This document shows positions 9,728-17,983 of a stretch of DNA of 64,000 bases, in pieces (position 1 is the first letter of the stretch; each line of letters opens with the position of its first letter). The notes under the pieces are model-generated. The model ran no database searches and had not been told where the DNA came from. It saw only the letters and a program-made list of their open reading frames with translations. The stretch covers positions 2,561 to 66,560 of the forward strand of contig JASGFX010000005.1 in NCBI GenBank assembly GCA_047605325.1. The letters are read 5' to 3'. This DNA comes from Solirubrobacterales bacterium (lineage in GTDB: Bacteria; Actinomycetota; Thermoleophilia; Solirubrobacterales; JACPNS01). The position numbers were made by a program, and so were the translations under genes.

Positions 9728-12271
9728 GTGAACCTTCCTGACATCTATCGCCGTACGGCCGAGGGCGCAGCGCGCTTCTCCCTGAAGAAGCCGCCGCTGG
9801 TGATCGCGGCCGTCGGTCTACTCGCGTTGATCGCGGCTGTGCTGGCGATCGGACTGAAGGCCGACACCGGGATCGAGTCGATCACCGGCAAGCGCTCCGA
9901 CACCTACAAGGCCTCCCAGGTCTGGGCCAAGAACTTCGGTGGCGACCCGATCATCGTCGTCGCCAAGGGCAGTGTCGCGAAGATGATGCTGAGCACCGAC
10001 GTCGCGTCGATGCTCGGCCTCGAGGGGTGCCTTTCGGGCAAGGGCACTCAGAAGGCGCTCGCCAGCATGCCCGAGATCTGCGGCGAGATCGCCAAGCTGA
10101 AGCCTGCCACCGCAGTCTTCGGTCCCGGCACTTTTGCCAACTCCGCGATCGGGTCGATCACCGACACGATCGAGCGCCTCTCCAAGGAGGCCCGCGTCAA
10201 GGGCAAGCAGGCCGGTGAGGCAGCCGCCGAGATCCAGCGCAAGGCAGGCCACGACAAGGCGGCGCAGGAGACCGCCCGCAAAGCCGCCGACGACGCCACC
10301 CGCGTGACGATGGCGCAGTACATGCTGCAGCTCGGCACGCAGTACAACATCGGCGTTGGCAGTCTGCCCGCGCTGAACAACCCCGAATTCATGGCGCGCC
10401 TCATCTTCGACGCCGTCCACGGCGCCGATACGCCGAAGTCTCGCTGGGCCTACGTCTTCCCGAGCAAGAACGCGGCGATCATCCAGGTCCGACTGCGCCC
10501 GGATCTCTCCACCGAGCAGCGCGCCGAAGCGGTCGACCTGGTGAACCGCGCGATCGCCGAACCGAAGTTCGCGCTGAACAACGGTTCCTACTTTGTCACC
10601 GGCGCTCCGGTGGTGCTCAACGGCGTCGAGGATTCGATCCAGCATGCCATCGTCGTGCTGCTGATCGCCGCATTGATCGTGATGGCGATCGCGCTGCTGA
10701 TCGTCTTCCCGGCCGAGCTTCGCCTGTTGCCGCTGGCCCTTGCGCTGATGGCCGCGGCCGGCACCTACGGCTTGCTCGCGATCACCGGATCGTCGCTGGG
10801 GGTCGGCGCCGTGGCTGTGCTCCCGGTGCTAGTCGGCCTTGCGGTCGACTACGCGATTCAGTTCCACGCCCGCGCAGACACCGCGATGCGAGAAGGCGAC
10901 GATCCACCGACCGCGGTCAAGCAGGCCGCGAGTGGGGGAGGACCCCCGGTGCTTGCCGCGGCGACCGCGACGATCGCCGCGTTGCTTGCCCTGCTGCTCA
11001 GCCCGATCCCGCTGATTCGCGGATTTGGCCTCCTGCTCGTGATCGGCGTCGCGCTCGCGATCGTGATCGTAGTGACGGCCGGCTTCGCGACGATCGGCTG
11101 GGCCGGCGGCGCGGCCAAGCGGGCCGAGCGCCGCGAGCCCGCCGAGACCGTCGCCGGCTGGGTGCGCCTGCGCAAGCTCTTCGCGCGCACGACGCGCAAC
11201 CCGCGCAAGACGGTCCGGATCGCGCTCGCATTCGCGGTGATCGGCTGGGTCTGTGGCCTGCTCTTACCGGTCACCACCGACATCCAGCAGCTCGTACCGT
11301 CAAGCCTTGGCGCCGTGAAGGACGCCAAGGAGTTCCAGAAGCTCACCGGCACCTCCGGCGAGGTCGACGTGCTCGTGCAGTCCAAGGACGTCACCGATCC
11401 CAAGGTCGTCAAGTGGATGGTCAATTTCCAGAAGACTGCGCTCGCGAAGGCCGGTTACAAGGGCGACAACCCGACCTGCGCGAAGTCTTCGCTCTGCCCG
11501 GCGCTCTCGCTGAGCGGCCTGTTCGAGAATCAGGAGCTCACCCAGGCGAACATCCGCCGGCTGCTCGACGAGGTCGGCGATTTCGCGCGCGGCGCGGTCA
11601 CGCCCGACCGCAAGATGGCGACGATCGCCTTCGGCTTGCGCCAGAAGTCCCTGAACGAGCAGAAGAAGTCGGTCGACGATCTGCGCAGCCGCATCAAAAA
11701 GGATCCTCCGCCAGCCGGGACGACCGCCACCGTCGTCGGCATCTCGGCGCAGGCAGCTGACGCCAGCGGCGCGCTGAGCAACCCGCTGCGCCGCCTGCTG
11801 ATCGCGCTGGTCGCCCTGGGCTTGCTGTTTCTGGTGGTACGCGGGGTCTCTGGCGCGTGGCGCACTGCCGCGGCCCCGGTGGTCTCGGTTGCGGCGGCCG
11901 CCGGCATTTCGGCGCTGCTGCTCTTCATCATCCGGGTCGACCTCAACCCGATGTCGGCGGCGCTCGGCGTGTTCATCATCGCGATCGCCGGAGAATTCAC
12001 TCTGCTGATCCACATGCAGTACCTGCGTGAGCGCGCGCGCGACGATTCGCTCGAGGTGATCGACGCCTTCAAGCGCTCCTATCGCACGATCGGGCCCGCC
12101 GTCTTTGCCTCCGGGGTCACAGCGATCGCCGGATTCGCGGCGCTCGCAGTGAGCGACATCAGCATGCTTCGTGGCTTCGCGCTGGTCGCCGTGATCGACC
12201 TGACGGTGGCGCTGGCGAGCACGGTGCTGCTCCTGCCCGCGATCACGGCCTGGCTCGAAGAGCGGAAATGA
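9728..12271 (+). CDS. MMPL family (RND superfamily) membrane transporter
   Basis: 847 aa. Two blocks of multiple TM helices, each preceded by a large extracytoplasmic loop. Typical MMPL layout and length. Confidence 0.8.
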   Translation: MNLPDIYRRTAEGAARFSLKKPPLVIAAVGLLALIAAVLAIGLKADTGIESITGKRSDTYKASQVWAKNFGGDPIIVVAKGSVAKMMLSTDVASMLGLEGCLSGKGTQKALASMPEICGEIAKLKPATAVFGPGTFANSAIGSITDTIERLSKEARVKGKQAGEAAAEIQRKAGHDKAAQETARKAADDATRVTMAQYMLQLGTQYNIGVGSLPALNNPEFMARLIFDAVHGADTPKSRWAYVFPSKNAAIIQVRLRPDLSTEQRAEAVDLVNRAIAEPKFALNNGSYFVTGAPVVLNGVEDSIQHAIVVLLIAALIVMAIALLIVFPAELRLLPLALALMAAAGTYGLLAITGSSLGVGAVAVLPVLVGLAVDYAIQFHARADTAMREGDDPPTAVKQAASGGGPPVLAAATATIAALLALLLSPIPLIRGFGLLLVIGVALAIVIVVTAGFATIGWAGGAAKRAERREPAETVAGWVRLRKLFARTTRNPRKTVRIALAFAVIGWVCGLLLPVTTDIQQLVPSSLGAVKDAKEFQKLTGTSGEVDVLVQSKDVTDPKVVKWMVNFQKTALAKAGYKGDNPTCAKSSLCPALSLSGLFENQELTQANIRRLLDEVGDFARGAVTPDRKMATIAFGLRQKSLNEQKKSVDDLRSRIKKDPPPAGTTATVVGISAQAADASGALSNPLRRLLIALVALGLLFLVVRGVSGAWRTAAAPVVSVAAAAGISALLLFIIRVDLNPMSAALGVFIIAIAGEFTLLIHMQYLRERARDDSLEVIDAFKRSYRTIGPAVFASGVTAIAGFAALAVSDISMLRGFALVAVIDLTVALASTVLLLPAITAWLEERK

Positions 12272-12879
12272 AAACCTTCTGGCGAGTGTTCCTGGGCCTG
12301 CTGGTGATCGGGATCATCGTCTCGCTGGTCACGCTCTTTCACGGCAATCGCCCGGTCGGCTCGGAGAACCTCGTCGGCCACGCGTTGCCGGACTTCGCCG
12401 CGCCATTGGCCTCAGGCACGCAGAACGCCGATTCGAACATCTACACCCCGGCGCAGGCGAAGGCGGTGCATTCGACCGCCGCCTGCGATGTCGACCTGCC
12501 GGGGGTGTTCAACTCCTGCCGCGATCTCAAAGGCCACGCGGTGCTGGTCTTCTGGAACAGCACGAAGTCCGAATGCGTCGGCCAGGTCGACACGCTCGAC
12601 GCATTTTCAAAGGCCAACCCGGATGTCAGCGTCGCTGCGCTCGCGTTCGATCAGTCCGAAGGCAAGGTGCGCAGTGTTGCCTCCGAGCGGGGCTGGAAGC
12701 TTCCGGTGCCGATCGATCGCGACGGCGCGGTGGCGGGTCTCTACGCGGTGGCCGGCTGCCCGACGGTGTACTTCTCCGATCGGGGGACGATCACCGGGGT
12801 TAAGCTCGGCGTGCTCACCCAGCAGCAGCTCGAGCAAGGGCTCGAGAAGCGCGCTGGGGCGACCGGAGTCACCGACTGA
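12268..12879 (+). CDS. Membrane-anchored TlpA/ResA-like thioredoxin-fold protein with a degenerate CXXC motif
   Basis: ATGA overlap with the MMPL stop. N-terminal TM helix. VLVFWNSTKSECVGQ aligns to the FWxxWCxxC region with the first Cys replaced by Lys. cis-Pro loop AGCPTVYFSDRGTI. Confidence 0.6.
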   Translation: MKTFWRVFLGLLVIGIIVSLVTLFHGNRPVGSENLVGHALPDFAAPLASGTQNADSNIYTPAQAKAVHSTAACDVDLPGVFNSCRDLKGHAVLVFWNSTKSECVGQVDTLDAFSKANPDVSVAALAFDQSEGKVRSVASERGWKLPVPIDRDGAVAGLYAVAGCPTVYFSDRGTITGVKLGVLTQQQLEQGLEKRAGATGVTD

Positions 12880-13365
12880 ATGGGCAAGCGATCACGACAG
12901 CGCCAGCAGGCCGCTGGGGGCGAGAAGCCCTCGGGGGAGAAACCGTCACTTCGGCAGCGGGCCGACGCGGCCAGTCGCGTCGCCGAGAAGCAGATCAAGC
13001 AGCGCCCAAAGGCGCCGTGGGATCCGTTCCCTCTGACCGAACTCGCCGTGCTCAGCGGATTGATCCTGATGATCGTGGGGGCGATCATGAGCGGCGGGAC
13101 CGGCAAGGGGCTCATGGCCTCTGGAGTGGTGCTCGCCTGCATCGGTGGGCTCGACACCGTGCTGCGCGAGCACCTCGCGGGCTATCGCTCCCATGCAGGG
13201 CTGCTGGCGGGAATGGCCGCGCTCCTCTCGCTGATCGTCAGCTCCGCGATCTTCACTGTGAGCATTCCGGTGCGTGCCGCGATCGCGATTGGTGTGTTCG
13301 CTCTCGTCTTTCCCGCGTTACGATCGAACTTCATCCGTCGTTCCGGCGGACAAGGAGTGATCTGA
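12880..13365 (+). CDS. Hypothetical integral membrane protein
   Basis: 161 aa. Basic N-terminus followed by 3-4 hydrophobic helices. High GC3. Confidence 0.5.
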   Translation: MGKRSRQRQQAAGGEKPSGEKPSLRQRADAASRVAEKQIKQRPKAPWDPFPLTELAVLSGLILMIVGAIMSGGTGKGLMASGVVLACIGGLDTVLREHLAGYRSHAGLLAGMAALLSLIVSSAIFTVSIPVRAAIAIGVFALVFPALRSNFIRRSGGQGVI

Positions 13366-13418
13366 AAATGTCGAATCCATTTCCGTTTGCGGTACCTTGT
13401 TCACTACACCGCAATTAT

Positions 13419-13433
13419 TTGACACGGTGTCAA
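13419..13433. repeat. Inverted repeat TTGACAC-G-GTGTCAA in an AT-rich promoter region (candidate operator and -35 element)
   Basis: Read directly from the sequence. 7-bp arms, 42 nt upstream of the ATG at 13475. The left arm is a TTGACA hexamer. Confidence 0.35.
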
Positions 13434-13474
13434 TAGGAGTAGTTTGGGATTCATTGGGGGAGTCTGAGCAAGAG

Positions 13475-13882
13475 ATGGCCACTCAGCAGGTAAGCACCGG
13501 CTTCGCGCCGGAAATCAAGTCCAGTCGCATGAAGCGGCAGGCTCTGGGCATGTTCGCGATCGGCATCGCCATGTGGGTCGGGGTGCCGGCATTCGTGCTG
13601 GCCGCGCCTGCGCTGCTGAAGAACAGCACGGGCCTCGCGTTTGCGCTCGCAGTCGGGATGATTGGCGCGGTGATTGCGGTGATCGTCCTGGTGAGGCTGC
13701 TCGGCAAGCTCAACACCGCTTGGCAGATCGAGTACGAAGAGCTGAACGACCGTCGCGCTCAGCGAACCCCGCTCGAGCCCGTGATGGTCATCAGCGTGAT
13801 GATCGCGCTGGCAGTATTCGGCATCTGGTTCATGGTCTTCGCCGGCGGCGGCGGAAGCTCGAACGTTTCGGGCAACGCCTGA
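13475..13882 (+). CDS. Hypothetical integral membrane protein
   Basis: Track ORF 13397-13882 trimmed to the ATG at 13475. Three predicted hydrophobic helices. Confidence 0.5.
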   Translation: MATQQVSTGFAPEIKSSRMKRQALGMFAIGIAMWVGVPAFVLAAPALLKNSTGLAFALAVGMIGAVIAVIVLVRLLGKLNTAWQIEYEELNDRRAQRTPLEPVMVISVMIALAVFGIWFMVFAGGGGSSNVSGNA

Positions 13883-13889
13883 CGGCGAG

Positions 13890-14426
13890 CTACTCGACGA
13901 CGATCCCCGGACCGTCGGTGGCGATCTCGACAATGTTGCCGTCGGGGTCGCGGAAGTAGATCGAGCTGTAGTACGTGCGGTTGATCGGCTCCGTCGCCTG
14001 GACGCCGTGCGCGTTCAGATGCTGATGCCAAGCGGTCAACTCTTCGAGCGAACCCGCGCGCAGCGCGAAGTGGTGGTTGACGCCGACGCCGATCGAGCCC
14101 TGCTCCATGTTCGGGTATTCCATGAACGTCACGAGCGAGCCAGGCGTGGCTTCGGCATCGCCGAAGTAGAAGTGGCGCGCGCCCGGGTCATCCTCGTTCT
14201 CGGCACGTTTGACCAACGTGAGGCCGAGCAGGTCGCGGTAGAAGCTCGTGGTGCGCTCGAGGTTTCCGCAGATCGCGGTGACGTGGTGGAGGCCGCGCAG
14301 ACGCAACTGAGGGGCTGCGGCGGACTCTGGGGCGGAGGAGGTCTCTGGCGTCGCCAGAGGCTCTGAGGTTGGCTCTGTGCTCACGAGAGAGAGCCTAACC
14401 GGATGGACGCGGGCGCTCGCGCCCAT
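13890..14426 (-). CDS. VOC (glyoxalase/bleomycin-resistance/ring-cleaving dioxygenase) family protein
   Basis: LHHVTAICGNLERTTSFYRDLLGL ... HHFAL ... SIYFRDPDGNIVEIATD are typical VOC beta-alpha-beta-beta-beta modules. The true start may lie downstream of the ORF start. Confidence 0.75.
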   Translation of the reverse strand: MGASARVHPVRLSLVSTEPTSEPLATPETSSAPESAAAPQLRLRGLHHVTAICGNLERTTSFYRDLLGLTLVKRAENEDDPGARHFYFGDAEATPGSLVTFMEYPNMEQGSIGVGVNHHFALRAGSLEELTAWHQHLNAHGVQATEPINRTYYSSIYFRDPDGNIVEIATDGPGIVVE

Positions 14427-14444
14427 CCGGGTCAGGCGGATTCT

Positions 14445-14828
14445 CTAAGCCGCGACGCGATAGACGACGCTGGCAGCGAGGTCGGGGGCGGGGCGGCCGG
14501 CAGTCAGGACGGCGGCCATCGCGGAGCGCTGACGCTCGGTCAGCGACTTGATGGTCTTACTCTCGTGCAGGCCGATCGAATCCATGAATTTGGCACAACG
14601 AGTGGAACCCCAGCGCTTCTGGCTGGTCAGGAGGTCGGCGATTTCCATGCCGCCGATCTCGTCGGTGGGGTCGAGCAGGACGTCGGCCACTGCGACGTCA
14701 CCCTTTGCGATCCGGCGCTTGAGCTCTGCGCGAGCGAGGCGGATGCGGTTGGCCTGTTCAAGAGCGCGCATGTTCTGGCGTCCTGTCGGTGCGGTCTTGG
14801 CGGCGATTTCTGGGTTTGAGTTGATCAC
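14445..14828 (-). CDS. mihF: Actinobacterial integration host factor (mIHF)-like DNA-binding protein
   Basis: Pattern ALEQANRIRLARAELKRRI...GGMEIADLLTSQKRWGSTRCAKFMDSIGLHESKTIKSLTERQR resembles the mIHF layout. The start may be the internal Met at 14771. Confidence 0.55.
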   Translation of the reverse strand: MINSNPEIAAKTAPTGRQNMRALEQANRIRLARAELKRRIAKGDVAVADVLLDPTDEIGGMEIADLLTSQKRWGSTRCAKFMDSIGLHESKTIKSLTERQRSAMAAVLTAGRPAPDLAASVVYRVAA

Positions 14829-15162
14829 TGTTTTCGTACCTCCCGTGTACGAGGTTCTTGACTGGTCACACGCTTCACAGCAGTTGCTTCACACGGCGCA
14901 GGAAAGCCACCATCGTCCGAGGGCGCACACGACCGTCCGGCTCCCCGCCGGCTTTGATCAAGCGTCTCGATGAAGGTCCCCTTGGCAGATCCGAGAGACC
15001 GTGTCAGCGAGGTGAACCATACGACGGAATGTTTCAGATTTGTGACGCGGCTGTTTTTAAATCCCGCTCAGAGCGAACATTTTCGTCACCGAAAAGATTG
15101 TGAAATCTTGGACAAAGTGATTCCGTCCGATGGGGTCGCATTCCGCACAAATGTGGAGAGGA

Positions 15163-15180
15163 AGTGACTATTGAGTCACT
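15163..15180. repeat. Perfect inverted repeat AGTGACT-ATTG-AGTCACT (candidate operator)
   Basis: Read directly from the sequence. Lies in the AT-rich region upstream of the mIHF-like gene. Confidence 0.35.
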
Positions 15181-15226
15181 ATTTGGCTGAGTGGCCAGTT
15201 TTCTCGCCCGGGTGGGGTAGATGGGT

Positions 15227-15521
15227 TTGACTGCCGTCGTGGACGGTCGGTTTCGCGCTGGTGCTCGTGGAGGTTGGGCCGCTTCGCGGCCGGCGGCGAC
15301 GGGAGTGATCCGTGGCCTGGCGGGGGCGCGCCGGAGTGGATTCCGCATAGGTAAGGGGTTTTTTCTCCACACCCTCTCCCAACGGGAGAGACCATGGAAG
15401 ATTTCCCGCATAGATGCGCCAGTCACCCGCGCCGCGGACCCAACTATCGCCGCCGGCGGCGAAGCCGCCTGCACTCTCAACCACCTACAGCAATCAACCT
15501 GCCGCGCACGACGGCAGTCAA
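15227..15521. repeat. Full-length copy of the structured intergenic repeat family (MITE-like, about 295 bp, long imperfect palindrome)
   Basis: Terminal inverted repeats TTGACTGCCGTCGTG / CACGACGGCAGTCAA. Internal GGCCGCTTCGCGGCC and GCGGCGAAGCCGCC hairpins. Central CTCTCCC-AAC-GGGAGAG hairpin. Related to 34130-34290, 39516-39823 and 47737-47959. Confidence 0.8.
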
Positions 15522-15528
15522 CGGCCAG

Positions 15529-16830
15529 CTACTCGCCAGAATCCCGCATCATGGCCGGATGCTTCGCGGCCACAGCCAGGATCCGCTCAATCGCCTGGTC
15601 AAGATGCTCACGCTGGTGCGTCGCCATCACCGAAGTACGCAGCAGGGCGCTCCCGTGCGGCACGGCCGGGTGCATTGCGACGTTGCAGTACACACCTGCG
15701 TCGTAGAGCTCCTTCCAGACCAGACCGGCTTCCCAATCCTCGCCGACGACGATCGGCACGACCGGGGTGAATGGCTTGATGTCGTAACGCTCGGCCATCT
15801 CGGTGCCCGGATCGACGACGCGCAGGCCGGCATCAGAGAGCTGGGTCCAGAGGTACTCGGCGTTGCCGAGCAGTTTCTCCATCAACGCCTTGCCCTCGTC
15901 GGTCTTGGCGATCTTGACCGCTGCCAGCGCGGCTCCGACGGCCGCCGGCACGGCCGAGGCAGTGAACAGGAATGAGCGCGCATAGAGACGCAGGTAGTCG
16001 ACGATGTCGGCGTCGGCGGCGATGAACCCGCCGCAGCTCGCCAGCGACTTCGAGAACGTGCCCATGCGCAGATCGACCTGGTCCTCTATGCCGAGCAGCT
16101 CACTTGCGCCTGCGCCGCGCTGGCCGAGCACGCCCACGCCGTGGGCCTCGTCGACCATCAGCCGCGCCCCGTATGTGCGCACGAGTTCGGCGATCTTCGG
16201 CAGATCGGCGATGTCGCCTTCCATCGAGTAGACACCGTCGACCACCACAAGCACCCCGCCGCCGTCAGAGCGCGCGCGATCGAGCATCGTTTCGAGTTTG
16301 TCGAGACGGCCGTGCCTGAAGGGGCGCACCTTGGCGCCGGAAAGCTGGATGCCGTCGAGCAGCGAGGCGTGGTCTCCGGAGTCGCAGATCACCGTGTCGC
16401 CGGGCTGGAGCAGCGCCGAGAGGCAGCCGACGTTCGCCTGATAGCCCGTGGTGAAGACGATCGCGTCGCCGGTTCCGTACCAATCGGCGATCTCGCGTTC
16501 GAGTTCGGTGTGGATGTCGATCGTGCCGTTGAGCAGCCGCGAGCCGGTCAGCGCGGTGCCGTACTTCTCGAGCGCGTCGCGTGCACCCTGGATCACCCGC
16601 TCGTCGCCGGTCAGCCCGAGGTAGTTGTTCGAGCCGAGCATCACCCGCTCCATGCCCTCCATGCGCACGACCGGCCCGGCCGGACCCTCGAGCAGGCGGA
16701 AGAACGGCAGCATGTCGTGTTCACGAGCTGCGGCGATGATTTCGGCGCGCTCGTGTTTGCGGGCGCGCTCGAACAGGTCGACCGCGGGCCCCGAAGGCTC
16801 TGTAATCACTTTTGTAGTGTCCACGGCCAT
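15529..16830 (-). CDS. PLP-dependent alpha-oxoamine synthase (8-amino-7-oxononanoate synthase / serine palmitoyltransferase family)
   Basis: 433 aa. LGSNNYLGL, TGYQANVG, DEAHGVG, and GTFSKSL with the PLP lysine. Confidence 0.85.
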   Translation of the reverse strand: MAVDTTKVITEPSGPAVDLFERARKHERAEIIAAAREHDMLPFFRLLEGPAGPVVRMEGMERVMLGSNNYLGLTGDERVIQGARDALEKYGTALTGSRLLNGTIDIHTELEREIADWYGTGDAIVFTTGYQANVGCLSALLQPGDTVICDSGDHASLLDGIQLSGAKVRPFRHGRLDKLETMLDRARSDGGGVLVVVDGVYSMEGDIADLPKIAELVRTYGARLMVDEAHGVGVLGQRGAGASELLGIEDQVDLRMGTFSKSLASCGGFIAADADIVDYLRLYARSFLFTASAVPAAVGAALAAVKIAKTDEGKALMEKLLGNAEYLWTQLSDAGLRVVDPGTEMAERYDIKPFTPVVPIVVGEDWEAGLVWKELYDAGVYCNVAMHPAVPHGSALLRTSVMATHQREHLDQAIERILAVAAKHPAMMRDSGE

Positions 16831-17953
16831 GAACGATATCGCCGTGTCCGAAGTCCGCGGGAAGGCCGATCTGAAGGCGTTCGTCGACTTCCCTTACGAG
16901 CTCTACGACAAGCAGAGCAACTGGGTTCCGCCCTTGAAGATGGATATCAAGGATCAGCTGAATCAAAAGAAGAATCCGTGGTTCGAACACGCCGAGGCCG
17001 AGTTCTTCCTCGCTCGGCGCGACGGAAAGATCGTCGGCCGAATCAGTGCCCACATCGACGAGAACTTCAACAAGTTCCAGGAGAACGACTGGGGCCTGTT
17101 CGGCTGGTTCGAGTGCATAGACGACGCCGATGTCGCAAACGCGCTCTACGACGCGGCGGCTGCATGGCTCAAAGCGCGAGGCCGCGACCGCATGGTCGGG
17201 CCGTTCAGCTACACGACCAACGACGAGTGCGGTGTGCTGATCGACGGCTTCGAGATCCCGCCGGCGATCCTCGAGCCATGGAACTACGAGTACTACCCGA
17301 CGCTCTTCGATGGAGCCGGCTTCACCAAGGCGATGGATCTCTTCATGTACAAGATGGAGATCTCGGACAAGGACAAGGTGCGTCCAGCCGTCTTCGCGGC
17401 CGCCAATCGCGTTGACGAGGGCAAGTACCGCTTCAAGCGCTTCTCACGTCTCACCCTGAACGCCGACGTCGACCGCTTCCTCGACATCTACAACGAGTCA
17501 TGGGAGAAGAACTGGGGCTTCGTGCCGCTGACCGAGAAAGAGGTGCGCCACTACGCCAAGACGCTCCTCCCGGTGCTCGACAAGAACTGGGCCTTCGTGA
17601 TCATCGGCCCAGACGACGACAACGCCGGCGCAGCGCTCACCTTGCCCGACTACAACCAAGTGCTCAAGCACCTCGGCGGCCGGCTGCTGCCGTTCGGCTG
17701 GGCGAAGTTTCTCTGGTACCGCCGCAAGATCGATCGCGTCCGCGTGTTCGCGCTCGGCGTCAAGCCGCGCTACCGCACGACGGGGATCGCGGCAAAGCTC
17801 TACATCGAGCACCTCGATGCGGCCGAGCGCACTGGCGTCGTCGGCGGAACGATGGGCTGGATCCTCGAGAACAACCGCCCGATGAACAAATCGATCGAGG
17901 CGCTGGGTGGGCAGATCATCAAGCGGTTCCGGCTCTACGAGCGGATGCTCTAA
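16829..17953 (+). CDS. GNAT-like acyl-CoA N-acyltransferase family protein (about 374 aa)
   Basis: Track ORF 16625-17953 trimmed to the ATG at 16829. GNAT motif-A-like YRTTGIAAKLY and a C-terminal WILENNRPMNKSIEALGG. Confidence 0.6.
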   Translation: MNDIAVSEVRGKADLKAFVDFPYELYDKQSNWVPPLKMDIKDQLNQKKNPWFEHAEAEFFLARRDGKIVGRISAHIDENFNKFQENDWGLFGWFECIDDADVANALYDAAAAWLKARGRDRMVGPFSYTTNDECGVLIDGFEIPPAILEPWNYEYYPTLFDGAGFTKAMDLFMYKMEISDKDKVRPAVFAAANRVDEGKYRFKRFSRLTLNADVDRFLDIYNESWEKNWGFVPLTEKEVRHYAKTLLPVLDKNWAFVIIGPDDDNAGAALTLPDYNQVLKHLGGRLLPFGWAKFLWYRRKIDRVRVFALGVKPRYRTTGIAAKLYIEHLDAAERTGVVGGTMGWILENNRPMNKSIEALGGQIIKRFRLYERML

Positions 17954-17983
17954 GCCCTCCGAGCCGCCAGTAGACTGCGGGAG

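Noticed and set aside
14858-15167. Plus-strand small ORFs (81 aa and 65 aa) in the AT-rich region upstream of the mIHF-like gene.
   Set aside because: GC3 is low relative to real genes here, there are no motifs, and the region is more plausibly the promoter and 5' UTR of the mIHF-like gene. It contains the AGTGACT/AGTCACT palindrome and an AAGATT-GTGA-AATCTT hairpin.
15034-15484. Small ORFs inside the repeat-family copies whose translations look conserved (IFHGLSRWERVW, IFHGLSRRERPW, ILHGLSRKGRPW; ...HDGSQ...). Examples are 15034-15480(-), 39594-39839(+) and 47751-47966(-).
   Set aside because: The conservation follows the nucleotide hairpins (CCATGGTCTCTCCC...GGGAGAGACCATGG) and appears on both strands. 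Reading frames and lengths differ between copies, and there are no start or SD contexts.
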